Source of the DNA: Candidatus Coprovivens sp.
GTDB taxonomy: Bacteria; Bacillota_I; Bacilli_A; RF39; UBA660
Assembly: GCA_051886175.1 (NCBI GenBank)
Contig: JBJEXV010000003.1
Span: 1 to 63,105, forward strand
Reading direction: 5' to 3'
DNA length: 63,105 bases
Shown in pieces: positions 23,791 to 32,789 of this stretch (position 1 is the first letter of the stretch; the number at the start of each line of letters is the position of its first letter). Below the pieces are notes generated by a model. It was given only the letters and a program-made list of their open reading frames with translations, ran no database searches and was not told where the DNA came from. The position numbers and the translations under genes were made by a program.

Positions 23791-25410
23791 GTTTGTATCT
23801 TTTGCGTTTGGTGTAGTTTCAATTATGTAATTTACTTCAGTATCAATCTTTGTTTTTTTACCATCATAACGATATAATGTTCCTGTTTTTGTTGTGTCAT
23901 TATAATCTGTTATATAGTATAAACCTTCCTCTTTAATATAGATGTATTTTTTCACTTCTTCTGATATTTTAGTTGATTTTTTACCATCAAATACATTTAA
24001 TGTTCCTACTCCACTAGCCATATCTTTCATATAATAGATTGATTTGCCATCATTTGAGATTGTTAAACTATTTCTACTGATATCATCAGCAATTTTAGTT
24101 GTTTTAGTACCACTTGCTATATAGTATGTTGCATCATTGTTTTCGTTGATGCTTTTATAGTAATAAACCCCATCTTCGTACGGATATAATTCACTTTGAA
24201 CTTCTTTTGCAATCTTTTTTGCTTTTCCTACAGACGAGCCGTTTAATTTTGAATACATCAAATTATCCTCATTATCTACATAATATACAGCATTTTCTGT
24301 CATAACTACACTACTTCCGTAATCGTAGTTATCAGTTACTTTAGTTGGTTTATTATTTTTATACAGGTAATACAGCGATAATTCATTTTCATTTGTAACT
24401 GTATATAAAACTTTTCTGTTTTCAACATCAATTTCAACTATGTCATAAATATTATCTGTAAGTTGTTTTTCTTTAGAATTAGAATAATATTTTAATGTAA
24501 ATGTAGGCGTATTTTGAATATAATATAATTTATCACATGATGAGTCATCACAATAGAAACTTTCTACATCTGATGCTATTTTAGTATGTTTATCTTTTTT
24601 TACATCATATCTATATAAAGCATTATTTGTATTAGTATATAATACATATTTTCCGTTTTCGCTTAGTTCAGCTAGAATGTATCCATCTACCAGTTTAGTT
24701 CTATCTTCTTTAGTGACATCAAAACTAATAAAATATAACGCTGAATTTTTTTCATAAATCATATTCTTATCATTATAATCTTGTACTGATGTAACGTCAT
24801 TATCAAGCAATTGTTTTGCTTCTTTAAAGTCGTATATGTATAAGTCGCTATCTGAATCTTGACCATAAATATATGTATCTTTTGGTGTAAATCCGTAGCT
24901 ATATGAAATATCATCAATAACTTTAGTTGATTCACCTTTTTTTGTATCATATACATATAAGTCTGTATTATTTTTAAATAAAATGTATCTACTAGAAGTA
25001 TTGGAATATTCTATACTACCAGTGCTTTGCATTTTTTTTACTTGTTCTTTATCTTTTACATCAGCACCGTGTTCTAGCATATAAACATCGTTATTAGACT
25101 TTTGATAGATTATAGGATATCCAATGTTACCTATACCTGCTCCTACGATAATATTTTTAGCAATGATAGCTATTATTACTACTGCAACTAAGATACCTAA
25201 AGATGTAAGTGTTCTAACAACTTGATTCTTATGGAATCTTACGTAATCTTTAGTTTTATCTACTATTTTTTTACATGTAGTAGCTAGTTTTTTAACTAAT
25301 CTTTTACATACTTTTTTTATGTTAAATTCCTTAGTTTCTTTTTTATCTACTTTTTCTGTTTTTTCTATTTCTTTTTCAGTATCTTTTTTTACTTTTTTTT
25401 CTTTTTCCAT
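23788..25410 (-). CDS. Single-pass membrane protein with a K/E-rich cytoplasmic head and an extracytoplasmic beta-propeller-like repeat domain
   Basis: 540 aa. Lys-rich N-terminal ~65 aa, then TM (LGILVAVVIIAIIAKNIIV). The rest shows repeated ...LY.YD / YYI... strand patterns, like TolB/DUF5050-type propellers (by eye). Confidence 0.55.
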   Translation of the reverse strand: MEKEKKVKKDTEKEIEKTEKVDKKETKEFNIKKVCKRLVKKLATTCKKIVDKTKDYVRFHKNQVVRTLTSLGILVAVVIIAIIAKNIIVGAGIGNIGYPIIYQKSNNDVYMLEHGADVKDKEQVKKMQSTGSIEYSNTSSRYILFKNNTDLYVYDTKKGESTKVIDDISYSYGFTPKDTYIYGQDSDSDLYIYDFKEAKQLLDNDVTSVQDYNDKNMIYEKNSALYFISFDVTKEDRTKLVDGYILAELSENGKYVLYTNTNNALYRYDVKKDKHTKIASDVESFYCDDSSCDKLYYIQNTPTFTLKYYSNSKEKQLTDNIYDIVEIDVENRKVLYTVTNENELSLYYLYKNNKPTKVTDNYDYGSSVVMTENAVYYVDNEDNLMYSKLNGSSVGKAKKIAKEVQSELYPYEDGVYYYKSINENNDATYYIASGTKTTKIADDISRNSLTISNDGKSIYYMKDMASGVGTLNVFDGKKSTKISEEVKKYIYIKEEGLYYITDYNDTTKTGTLYRYDGKKTKIDTEVNYIIETTPNAKDTN

Positions 25411-25478
25411 ACGATTACCTACTCTCTTAACTATATCAATTATAATATTTTAGGAAGTTAAAATCAATCTATTTATAA

Positions 25479-25513
25479 ATAAAAAATAATGACAGTATTA
25501 TGCTGCCATTATT
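25479..25513 (-). terminator. Rho-independent terminator after the 508-aa gene
   Basis: Minus strand AATAATGGCAG-cataata-CTGTCATTATT followed by TTTTTT. It overlaps the stop at 25498. Confidence 0.65.
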
Positions 25514-27024
25514 ATTTCTGGTTCTTCATATTGGAAGTTAATATCTTCTACAAATTTAATTAATTTAGAAATTGAAATATTAGCTTCAAATGTAACTTTT
25601 CCTGTTTCAGGATTTATTATTTTTATAGATACTTTTTTGTTATCTAATGGATTTATATTTATTTGACCATAGATAGCTGCTTGATGTAATAGGTATCCGA
25701 TTTTAGGATTATCAAAGCTTATTTCATCTATGTCATGTGTTTTATGATAGTAAAGAACATTTTGTAGTGAATTTCTTTTTTCAATTAGTTGTTCTTTATC
25801 TAATTCTATCTTTTTATATTTAGCAAATAAATCGTTGATTATTTTTTGTTTATGAGACAATTCTTCTCTATCTTTTTCAGCATCTAGTTCATTTATTTCA
25901 TCCATTAATGTAGCTATTTTTCTTTTCATATCTGCTACTTCAGGTGATGTTTCAGTGTGATCAATAACTGATATTATTTCATTTAATGTTATTTGTGTAT
26001 CTTGATGACTTTGTGATAGATATGTATCTATACTGAAATCACTTAATGATACTGTATCGTATTCTAAGTTACCATAGTTTAATAATGTGAATAACATAGT
26101 AGTTAATCCACAGATAGATTGTTGTTTTTCTTTATGTGGTAATCTAGATACATCTTTTTGTTCTTTAATTAATAGTGTTTTTTGTAATGTAGATAGTGCT
26201 ATATCATTAGATAGCATGTATTCTGTAAGCCACTTGCTTATTAAACGTTGTTGTTCAGTAATTTGGGCGTTATAAAATAATGGGCCTAATTCATTAGCTC
26301 TTTTTACTATGTATACCGGTGAAGGAATAGTAAATTTAGTTATACTAGGATTTAATTCTTCAGGAGTATATCTTGTAAATGTATCTATTATGTCATCTAC
26401 TTTTACTTGTTCTTTTTGAGATATTGTATTAGTAGTTTTCTTTCTTATTTTATTATATGTATCTTCCATATCTAATGTTGGAAGATTTGTTAATGTAACT
26501 TGGAATGTTTTAGTTTGATTTAAGTATATTATTAATGATTCTTCATCATATATTTTTGCATCTTTGTTTTTGTTATAAATGAATACATTATGATATTTAT
26601 ATGATTTCATAGTTTCTGCTAATCTATGTAACCAGATTGGGAAGATTGTTGTATCTAGTTCAGAACTAGTTATATGGATATTACCTTCTTTATCAAATTC
26701 ATATTCATTATTCTTTAATGCAGTTAATAATCTTTCATAAAATAAATCAGGATTATTTTTATAACTTAAATCTATATGTGGACATTCTATTGTAGTTTCA
26801 TACAATCCGGGGATTATTCCATTTTCTAAGAATGATTCTTGAGGAAATAATGGATTATTGTCATAGTATTTTAATAATGTATTTATTGATATTCTATTAA
26901 ATAAATATAGTTTAGAGTTAGTAAAAGAATCTGATTCACTTGGTAATACTGGAACAGTTTTGTTACCTTTGGAAGTTAAGCTATTCATTAAAATCTCGAT
27001 TGCTCTTAATTCATCTGTTGGCAT
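25498..27024 (-). CDS. Hypothetical 508-aa protein with a coiled-coil-rich C-terminal half
   Basis: Long ORF with an upstream RBS (AGAGGTG) and its own terminator. No motif recognised. Confidence 0.6.
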   Translation of the reverse strand: MPTDELRAIEILMNSLTSKGNKTVPVLPSESDSFTNSKLYLFNRISINTLLKYYDNNPLFPQESFLENGIIPGLYETTIECPHIDLSYKNNPDLFYERLLTALKNNEYEFDKEGNIHITSSELDTTIFPIWLHRLAETMKSYKYHNVFIYNKNKDAKIYDEESLIIYLNQTKTFQVTLTNLPTLDMEDTYNKIRKKTTNTISQKEQVKVDDIIDTFTRYTPEELNPSITKFTIPSPVYIVKRANELGPLFYNAQITEQQRLISKWLTEYMLSNDIALSTLQKTLLIKEQKDVSRLPHKEKQQSICGLTTMLFTLLNYGNLEYDTVSLSDFSIDTYLSQSHQDTQITLNEIISVIDHTETSPEVADMKRKIATLMDEINELDAEKDREELSHKQKIINDLFAKYKKIELDKEQLIEKRNSLQNVLYYHKTHDIDEISFDNPKIGYLLHQAAIYGQININPLDNKKVSIKIINPETGKVTFEANISISKLIKFVEDINFQYEEPEIIMAA

Positions 27025-27092
27025 TCTTTACACCTCTATTCTATTTTGTATTATATCATATATATTATATCATAGATAGTAAATTTTAGAAG

Positions 27093-27122
27093 ATAAAAAA
27101 AGTGCATTTTTTGATGCACTTT
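27093..27122 (-). terminator. Rho-independent terminator after gltX
   Basis: Stem AAAGTGCAT/ATGCACTTT (27099-27107 and 27114-27122) followed by a T-run on the minus strand, 3 nt after the stop. Confidence 0.7.
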
Positions 27123-27125
27123 ATT

Positions 27126-28778
27126 TTATTTAATGTTTGAAATTCTATTCATTATTCTTTCTTTGCCTAATAGTCCTAGGATAATATATAGGTCTGGAGT
27201 TTGTGATTTAGTTGTTACTCCTACTCTAATAATGTTAGATACATCAGCAATGTTTCCTTTGTAGTTATCAGGATTCTCTTTATATTCTTTCATATTAGTA
27301 CAGTAACCTAGTTTTTCTGCCATTTCTTTCATACTATTGAACCAAGTATCTTTATCATCTGATTCGTTATAGTATTCATTAAAGTAAGTAGTTAATACTT
27401 CGTTTATATCTTCTTTAGAGAATTTAGGATCAAATTCATATTCTAAATCATTATATAATTCATCATACATATACCATACTTGTCCTTTAATTTCAGAGAA
27501 TGAAGCATAGTCTTTACGAGGTTTCTTTTGTTCTCTTTCGATATTTAATACATTAATTGTATATTCTTTATATTTATTAATTAATTCATTGAAGTCTTTA
27601 TCATATTCTTTAGACCAGTTATCTAATAAATCAAATACTTCAGTAGCTTTTAATTTACTAATATAGTTTTTAGAAATGTTATCTAGTTTGTCTAAATCGA
27701 ATAATGCTCCTGATGCTGACATTTTCTTTGGTGAAAAATCAAATTCAGTGAAGTGTGCATCTGGGTGCCCTTCTCTCCATGCTTCGTAGTTTGAATTAAC
27801 GATAGTCATGATTGCTTCGATTAAAGCAAGTACTGGATATCCTTTTTCTTCATAGTAACTCATTCTTGCTTCTGGGTCTAAACGTTTTGATATTTTTCTA
27901 ATTTTGTCGCCATCTTTTTTAAGAATTAATGGAGTATGAATATATTTTGGCATTTTGAATCCAAATGTTTTAAATAATTCATAGTGAACTGGAACTGAAC
28001 TAATCCATTCTTGTCCACGAACTACGTGTGTAGTACGCATTAAGTGATCATCTACTAAGTGTGCAAAATGGTATGTTGGAAGTAAGTTAGATGATTTCAT
28101 GATTGGAATATCAATATCATTTTCAGGGAATTCCATTGTACCATTAGCTAGATCTTCGAATTTAAATTTCTTGTTAAAGTCACCAGAACTTTTTAATCTT
28201 ATAGTATATTTTTCACCATTATTAATTTTTTCGGCAGCTTCATCTGGAGTTAAGTTTCTATATTTTGCATAACGTCCATAGATACCAATTCTTCTTTTAT
28301 CTTTAGTTTGTGATTCTCTAATTGAATCCATTTCTTCTTGAGTTAAGAAGCATGGGTATGCTTTACCTTTTTCAATTAAATGTTTAATAAATGCATGATA
28401 AATTTCTTTTCTTTCAGATTGAATATATGGTCCATAGTTACCTTTTGTTTCATTAGTATCTCTGTATTCATATTCATCTGGGTTCATATTATAATGATCT
28501 AATACATGTCTTATGTATTCTACCGCACCATCTATTTCACGTAATGAGTCAGTGTCTTCGTTACGTAAATAGAATACTCCGCCATTGTTATGTGCTAAAC
28601 AATAGTCGATTGTTGCAGACATGAAGTTACCAATATGCATGAATCCTGTTGGTGATGGTGCATAACGAGTTACTTTTGCTCCTTCTGGTAAATCTCTTTC
28701 TGGATACATTTTTTCATAGTCTTCGATTGTTTTTGTGATATTTGGGAATATCAAGTTAGCTAAATCTCTGGTAGTCAT
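27126..28778 (-). CDS. gltX: Glutamate--tRNA ligase (class I GluRS)
   Basis: HIGH-type motif PSPTGFMHIGN and KMSKS-type KISKRL. The start is moved to 28778 (MTTRDL...) because the upstream codons of the listed ORF are the T-box terminator hairpin. Confidence 0.85.
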   Translation of the reverse strand: MTTRDLANLIFPNITKTIEDYEKMYPERDLPEGAKVTRYAPSPTGFMHIGNFMSATIDYCLAHNNGGVFYLRNEDTDSLREIDGAVEYIRHVLDHYNMNPDEYEYRDTNETKGNYGPYIQSERKEIYHAFIKHLIEKGKAYPCFLTQEEMDSIRESQTKDKRRIGIYGRYAKYRNLTPDEAAEKINNGEKYTIRLKSSGDFNKKFKFEDLANGTMEFPENDIDIPIMKSSNLLPTYHFAHLVDDHLMRTTHVVRGQEWISSVPVHYELFKTFGFKMPKYIHTPLILKKDGDKIRKISKRLDPEARMSYYEEKGYPVLALIEAIMTIVNSNYEAWREGHPDAHFTEFDFSPKKMSASGALFDLDKLDNISKNYISKLKATEVFDLLDNWSKEYDKDFNELINKYKEYTINVLNIEREQKKPRKDYASFSEIKGQVWYMYDELYNDLEYEFDPKFSKEDINEVLTTYFNEYYNESDDKDTWFNSMKEMAEKLGYCTNMKEYKENPDNYKGNIADVSNIIRVGVTTKSQTPDLYIILGLLGKERIMNRISNIK

Positions 28779-28784
28779 TTTCAT

Positions 28785-29012
28785 CATCCTTTCTTTCATC
28801 AAAAAAGACATATTCATCATAAGGACGAATATGTCGTGTTACCACCTTAGTTTATGTATTGCTACACCTCAAAATCTTAACGCGATTAACGGAATATCTT
28901 GTATACAATATTCAACTCCAAAGCTTCTTCAATTAGTTTATATGTTCTTTTACACCTACCAAGAACTCTCTATAATATAAGGTCTAATTTACTCTTCTTT
29001 TTCTTCGTTTGT
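28785..29012 (-). promoter_or_regulatory. T-box leader (Glu specifier) controlling gltX
   Basis: On the minus strand: AGAGAG and GGTAGGTG stem-I elements, GAA codons in ...AATTGAAGAAGC..., and the T-box core AACTAAGGTGGTAACACG (core 28835-28846). The terminator GACATATTC/GAATATGTC (28807-28835) is followed by TTTTTT. Confidence 0.8.
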
Positions 29013-29018
29013 GATTAG

Positions 29019-29047
29019 ATTATAGTAAATTATTTTTTTATTGTCAA
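29019..29047 (-). promoter_or_regulatory. Consensus sigma-A promoter for the gltX T-box leader
   Basis: Minus strand TTGACA-17 nt-TATAAT. Confidence 0.7.
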
Positions 29048-29048
29048 A

Positions 29049-30812
29049 TTATTTTTTTGATTTTGTTAATGTTGATGATTTCTTTTCTTTATTTTTTTCT
29101 ATTTTAGTATCTATGAAATCTATCATAATATTTATATTAGGTGGCATTACTAATTGATAGAAATCAGCATATCTAATTGTTAAGTAATATGTTAATGCTC
29201 CATTATATATATCTTGCATTGTAATAAGTTGATCTTTTAGAGTATCTCCTTTTACATATGGTTTTATTCTGACGTTACCATGAGCAAATGAGTTACGGAT
29301 ATGAGCTATAATGTTAAAGTTTTTAACATGGTTATTAAAGTCTTTGTCCATAAATCTTTTTGCTTTTTCATATAATTCCTTTGCATCTTTTTCGGCTTGT
29401 TCACAAGCAATTACAGCATCCATTAGTTGTTGTTCTTTCGCTTCAGTTTTCTTAGCAGATGATCGACGATATCCTTCTAAATTTCTTTTCGCAATTTCTG
29501 TTCTTGCTGCTAAATCTATTGGGGCTTTTCTTAATGCTTTTAATTGGTTTTCAAAATCTTTAAATGAGACATCAATTGTCATATGGTCATCATCAAACCA
29601 ATCTAGTTTTAATCTTGCGAAGTTTAAGCATTCTCCTGATGCTATATCTTTTAGCGAAGTACTTCCTTGTTTAGAATATATTTCATCTAAACCATAGTGA
29701 TAGATACAATAGAAAGCATTCATTAATCCTGCTACTGTTATTTCATCTAGATACATCATGGATTGTCGTTGTAAGAATGAGACATCAGCATATACATCTT
29801 TATGTTCTGCATATGCTTTTATTACATTCATACTATTATATATAGCATTAGCAATTATTATGTTATCATCATCTTTTTCATTTAAGATTGCTCCTGCTAT
29901 TTTTTGCATTATTAATCTTTTTTCAATTGGTGATAATTTATTAAATAATTGTTTTTTATTCTTTAAAAAGAATGTTTCAATACGATTATAGTATTCAGTA
30001 TCAGGTACTGATATTTTTTCATATGATAGTTGAATATGAAGTTTTTTTAGTGCTGGTTGGTAAGCTGGATAGACACTATTAAAGATTTGTTCAAATTCCA
30101 AGTGTGGATGAGTATTTTTTATGTTCCACATTATTTCAAAGAATTGATCTAATCCTTGGCCATATTCTAACGTTCTTTCAAATCCTGGTTCAGGTATGTC
30201 TATAAATCTATAATAATAAACACCACTCATATAAGTACGTAATTGTTTTAGTGATTGCATTCTATTTTCTTTTTCAATATTTTGTTTTGTTGTCGATATT
30301 ATAGGGCGAATATTAGGACCAGTTAGTTTAAATTTTTCTACTGGTAATAATAATGTACTCATTCTATATAGTTCTTCAATTGTTATAGAACCAGTAAGAC
30401 CTTTGTTATTTAAAATTATATTATCTTTTTCAATGTAATAGTCACCATGTAATAGTTTGTTTCTTAATGTTTCTAATACATCTATTTTTTCTTCAAAAGA
30501 TAGTTCTCCTATTTTGTATTTAGTACCATCTGGTTGGATTAGGTTACCCATTAATGTTGTAAATACTGGATCGGATATTTTTAATTTTAATGAATCGTCT
30601 TCTTTTTTTAATAATCTTTCTTTAAATACTGATAATAATAATATTGCATGTGTGATAATTAAGTTTTTATATTCTTCACGAGTACCATTACCATCTAATT
30701 GATATGTTGAACCAATTTGTCCTGGAACGTAGTATTCATGATTTAGAAAGTTATTATATCCGCATGCTGTTCTTATTAAGGTTTGAGCATTTTTTAGTTT
30801 TTTACTTTCCAT
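29049..30812 (-). CDS. Tandem-HEPN protein (two RNxxxH motifs); putative RNase-type defence effector
   Basis: RNKLLH (30447-30464) and RNSFAH (29280-29297) were checked codon by codon. They lie about 390 aa apart, separated by a helical/coiled-coil region. Start set at 30812 (MESKKL) behind RBS AAAGGGG. Confidence 0.55.
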   Translation of the reverse strand: MESKKLKNAQTLIRTACGYNNFLNHEYYVPGQIGSTYQLDGNGTREEYKNLIITHAILLLSVFKERLLKKEDDSLKLKISDPVFTTLMGNLIQPDGTKYKIGELSFEEKIDVLETLRNKLLHGDYYIEKDNIILNNKGLTGSITIEELYRMSTLLLPVEKFKLTGPNIRPIISTTKQNIEKENRMQSLKQLRTYMSGVYYYRFIDIPEPGFERTLEYGQGLDQFFEIMWNIKNTHPHLEFEQIFNSVYPAYQPALKKLHIQLSYEKISVPDTEYYNRIETFFLKNKKQLFNKLSPIEKRLIMQKIAGAILNEKDDDNIIIANAIYNSMNVIKAYAEHKDVYADVSFLQRQSMMYLDEITVAGLMNAFYCIYHYGLDEIYSKQGSTSLKDIASGECLNFARLKLDWFDDDHMTIDVSFKDFENQLKALRKAPIDLAARTEIAKRNLEGYRRSSAKKTEAKEQQLMDAVIACEQAEKDAKELYEKAKRFMDKDFNNHVKNFNIIAHIRNSFAHGNVRIKPYVKGDTLKDQLITMQDIYNGALTYYLTIRYADFYQLVMPPNINIMIDFIDTKIEKNKEKKSSTLTKSKK

Positions 30813-30837
30813 AGTTATTCCCCTTTTAATGGTGGTT

Positions 30838-30866
30838 ATTATAGCATTAAGAGTGTTTTTTAACAA
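30838..30866 (-). promoter_or_regulatory. Sigma-A promoter of the tandem-HEPN gene
   Basis: Minus strand TTGTTA-17 nt-TATAAT, about 25 nt upstream of the start codon. Confidence 0.6.
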
Positions 30867-30891
30867 ATTATTGTATAAAAAAAGAAAGAAA

Positions 30892-31806
30892 CTATTTCTT
30901 TTCATTCTTTTTAGTTGTTTTCTTTTTAGGTTGTTTTGTTACGTAATCTTTGTTATATAGTTTTATTTCACCGTTATGGTAAGCTATTAAGATATGTTTC
31001 CATATTGATGAATGAACGTAACGAGCATTTTTAGGATCAACTGAATAACGTACTGTGTATTCTACATAGTCACCTACTATTTTCATATATATAGTTGGTT
31101 CGTAGCTATTGAAGTAAATACGATAGTCAGTTGAGACGTCATTAACTTGTTTTTTAAATTTTTCTGGGTTTAGTTTGATGATGTCGTTTTTGTTTACGAT
31201 ACGATATATTACTTCACGTGTTTTTTCAATGTCTGCATCTAATGGAATATTTATTGTAATTTCGTTCCAGATGAAATCGAATGCTTTGTTGTAGTTACGT
31301 AGCGGATATGTGAATATAATTGAGTTAGGTACGTGAGTTATGATACCTGTACTTTGACCTATGAAGTCAGCATTATTTACTTCTAGTAATTCGAAGTTTA
31401 AGGCATTTAAGTTGACTACGTCACCTTTATAGTTATTTATTTCTATTCTGTCTTCTATATCAAATGGTTTAGCTACTTTGATATATATTCCAGAAAAGAA
31501 ATTAAAGATGAAGTCTCTTAAGGCAATTGTGAATGCTGCAGATAGGAATGTAATTAATGTAAGGATGTTTGATAAATTAGCTGACCATATGAATATAAAG
31601 AATACTATTTTAATAATACTGATAGTTATTTTTAGTTTTTGTGTATATTCATATTCTTTTTTGTTGTTATCTATTTTCTTTAATAGTCTAATAATTATCT
31701 TTTTTATTATATCTAGTATTAGCCATATAATTATAGTAGTTATTGTTAGTACTATGTATTTTGGATCAATACTTAGTAATTTACTTATGTATTCTATTGT
31801 TTTCAT
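30892..31806 (-). CDS. Small-conductance mechanosensitive channel (MscS family)
   Basis: Three N-terminal TMs followed by the MscS signature region FFSGIYIKVAKPFDIEDRIEINNYKGDVVNLNALNFELLE. Confidence 0.7.
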   Translation of the reverse strand: MKTIEYISKLLSIDPKYIVLTITTIIIWLILDIIKKIIIRLLKKIDNNKKEYEYTQKLKITISIIKIVFFIFIWSANLSNILTLITFLSAAFTIALRDFIFNFFSGIYIKVAKPFDIEDRIEINNYKGDVVNLNALNFELLEVNNADFIGQSTGIITHVPNSIIFTYPLRNYNKAFDFIWNEITINIPLDADIEKTREVIYRIVNKNDIIKLNPEKFKKQVNDVSTDYRIYFNSYEPTIYMKIVGDYVEYTVRYSVDPKNARYVHSSIWKHILIAYHNGEIKLYNKDYVTKQPKKKTTKKNEKK

Positions 31807-31900
31807 ATTTATCTCCCCCTTTTATATAAGTTAATATTCTACTTAATATATTATTTTTAGTAAATAAAAGTAGAATTATTTTTTTAAATTTGACGTCAAA

Positions 31901-32719
31901 TTACATTAATTTATTTTTTGTATCTTTTTCTAGTTCTTTTAAACTTTTTTCTGGTGTAGGAAGTTGTTCTGGCATTGTTCCACCATTTTTCTTTATTACT
32001 TCTCTAATATTCTTGCCAATATTGTAATGAGTTTCATTGGCGTTTTTTTCGCCAGTGATGTTATCCTTTTTTAATTTTGACTCTGTTTGAGTTATTCTAA
32101 AAAGATTAGCTGCTAGTTCTTCACTTCCCATATTATCAAGAATGTCTTCTCTATATCTTAATCCTTTTCTTTTGGCTATATCATCAGCAGTTTCTCCATT
32201 ATATAATCCTTTATAACCTGAGTTATGAAATTTATCAAAATTCTTTACTCCTGCTTCTTTAGCTGCTTGATTTAGTGAATAATTTCCTTTACGTGTTAAG
32301 TTTCTTTGATAGAATCGTTTTTCGTCTTCAGATAATGAATTGTACTCTTTTTCGGTTAATTCCATTTTTCGTGTTTGAATAGCAAAGTAAGTTTGGGCAA
32401 GTGCAATTACTTGTTTTCGGCTATCACCGTTTTGTGCTATTAAATAACAGGCGTGTCTTGATAATTTGTAATCTGTTTGTTTTCTAAGAGCTCCAGAACC
32501 TATTTGAACCATTTTGCCGGCGTGGGCAAAATGGTCATCAACGCATAGATTTGAATTCTTACATGCTAATATTGCCTTATTTATTGCATTTTCAAATCTT
32601 CTCCATTGTGTATACTCTAGTGCTTTTTGCAATTCTCTTGCTAACCAATATTCATTACCATACTCGTCGATATGTTTTATATCTTCAAATAAAATATTTC
32701 TTTCTTGTATAGTGTTCAT
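31901..32719 (-). CDS. dinD: DNA-damage-inducible protein D-like protein
   Basis: N-terminus FEDIKHIDEYGNEYWLARELQKALEYTQWRRFENAINKA...DHFAHAGKMV matches the DinD family pattern as I recall it. Confidence 0.65.
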   Translation of the reverse strand: MNTIQERNILFEDIKHIDEYGNEYWLARELQKALEYTQWRRFENAINKAILACKNSNLCVDDHFAHAGKMVQIGSGALRKQTDYKLSRHACYLIAQNGDSRKQVIALAQTYFAIQTRKMELTEKEYNSLSEDEKRFYQRNLTRKGNYSLNQAAKEAGVKNFDKFHNSGYKGLYNGETADDIAKRKGLRYREDILDNMGSEELAANLFRITQTESKLKKDNITGEKNANETHYNIGKNIREVIKKNGGTMPEQLPTPEKSLKELEKDTKNKLM

Positions 32720-32727
32720 ATAATCAT

Positions 32728-32770
32728 CTCCTACTTATATCTTATAGGTAAGAGTTTAATTTCCTTTTTT
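32728..32770 (-). repeat. Conserved ~45-bp intergenic element, copy 1 (upstream of dinD-like gene)
   Basis: Minus strand AAAAAGGAAAT-N11-CTATAAGATATAAGTAGGAG. The two blocks and the 11-nt spacer are shared with copies 2-4. Confidence 0.7.
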
Positions 32771-32789
32771 TCATAATAAAAAAGCTAAA

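Noticed and set aside
24759-24956. Short same-strand ORFs nested out of frame in larger genes (24759-24956 and 53837-54025)
   Set aside because: They lie inside well-supported CDSs in another frame, with no RBS and implausible composition.
29049-30812. Calling the tandem-HEPN protein a Cas13-family effector
   Set aside because: There is no CRISPR array or cas gene anywhere in the window. The protein is far smaller than known Cas13 proteins. Only the two RNxxxH motifs are shared.
30813-30905. N-terminal extensions in the ORF track. Affected regions are 30813-30905, 28779-28820, 23665-23679, 34692-34706, 42996-43004, 43397-43411, 47499-47507, 48699-48755, 49645-49710, 51274-51288, 58397-58408 and 61254-61268
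   Set aside because: The extensions begin at GTG/TTG or at ATGs lacking an RBS. They overlap terminators, RBSs or the neighbouring gene. An internal ATG with a good Shine-Dalgarno sequence is present in each case.
31887-31902. Perfect 16-bp palindrome AATTTGACGTCAAATT overlapping the dinD-like stop codon, as a possible regulator site
   Set aside because: It is a single occurrence with no partner sites or obvious promoter context, and is most simply part of the 3' end or terminator region. It is too weak to call.
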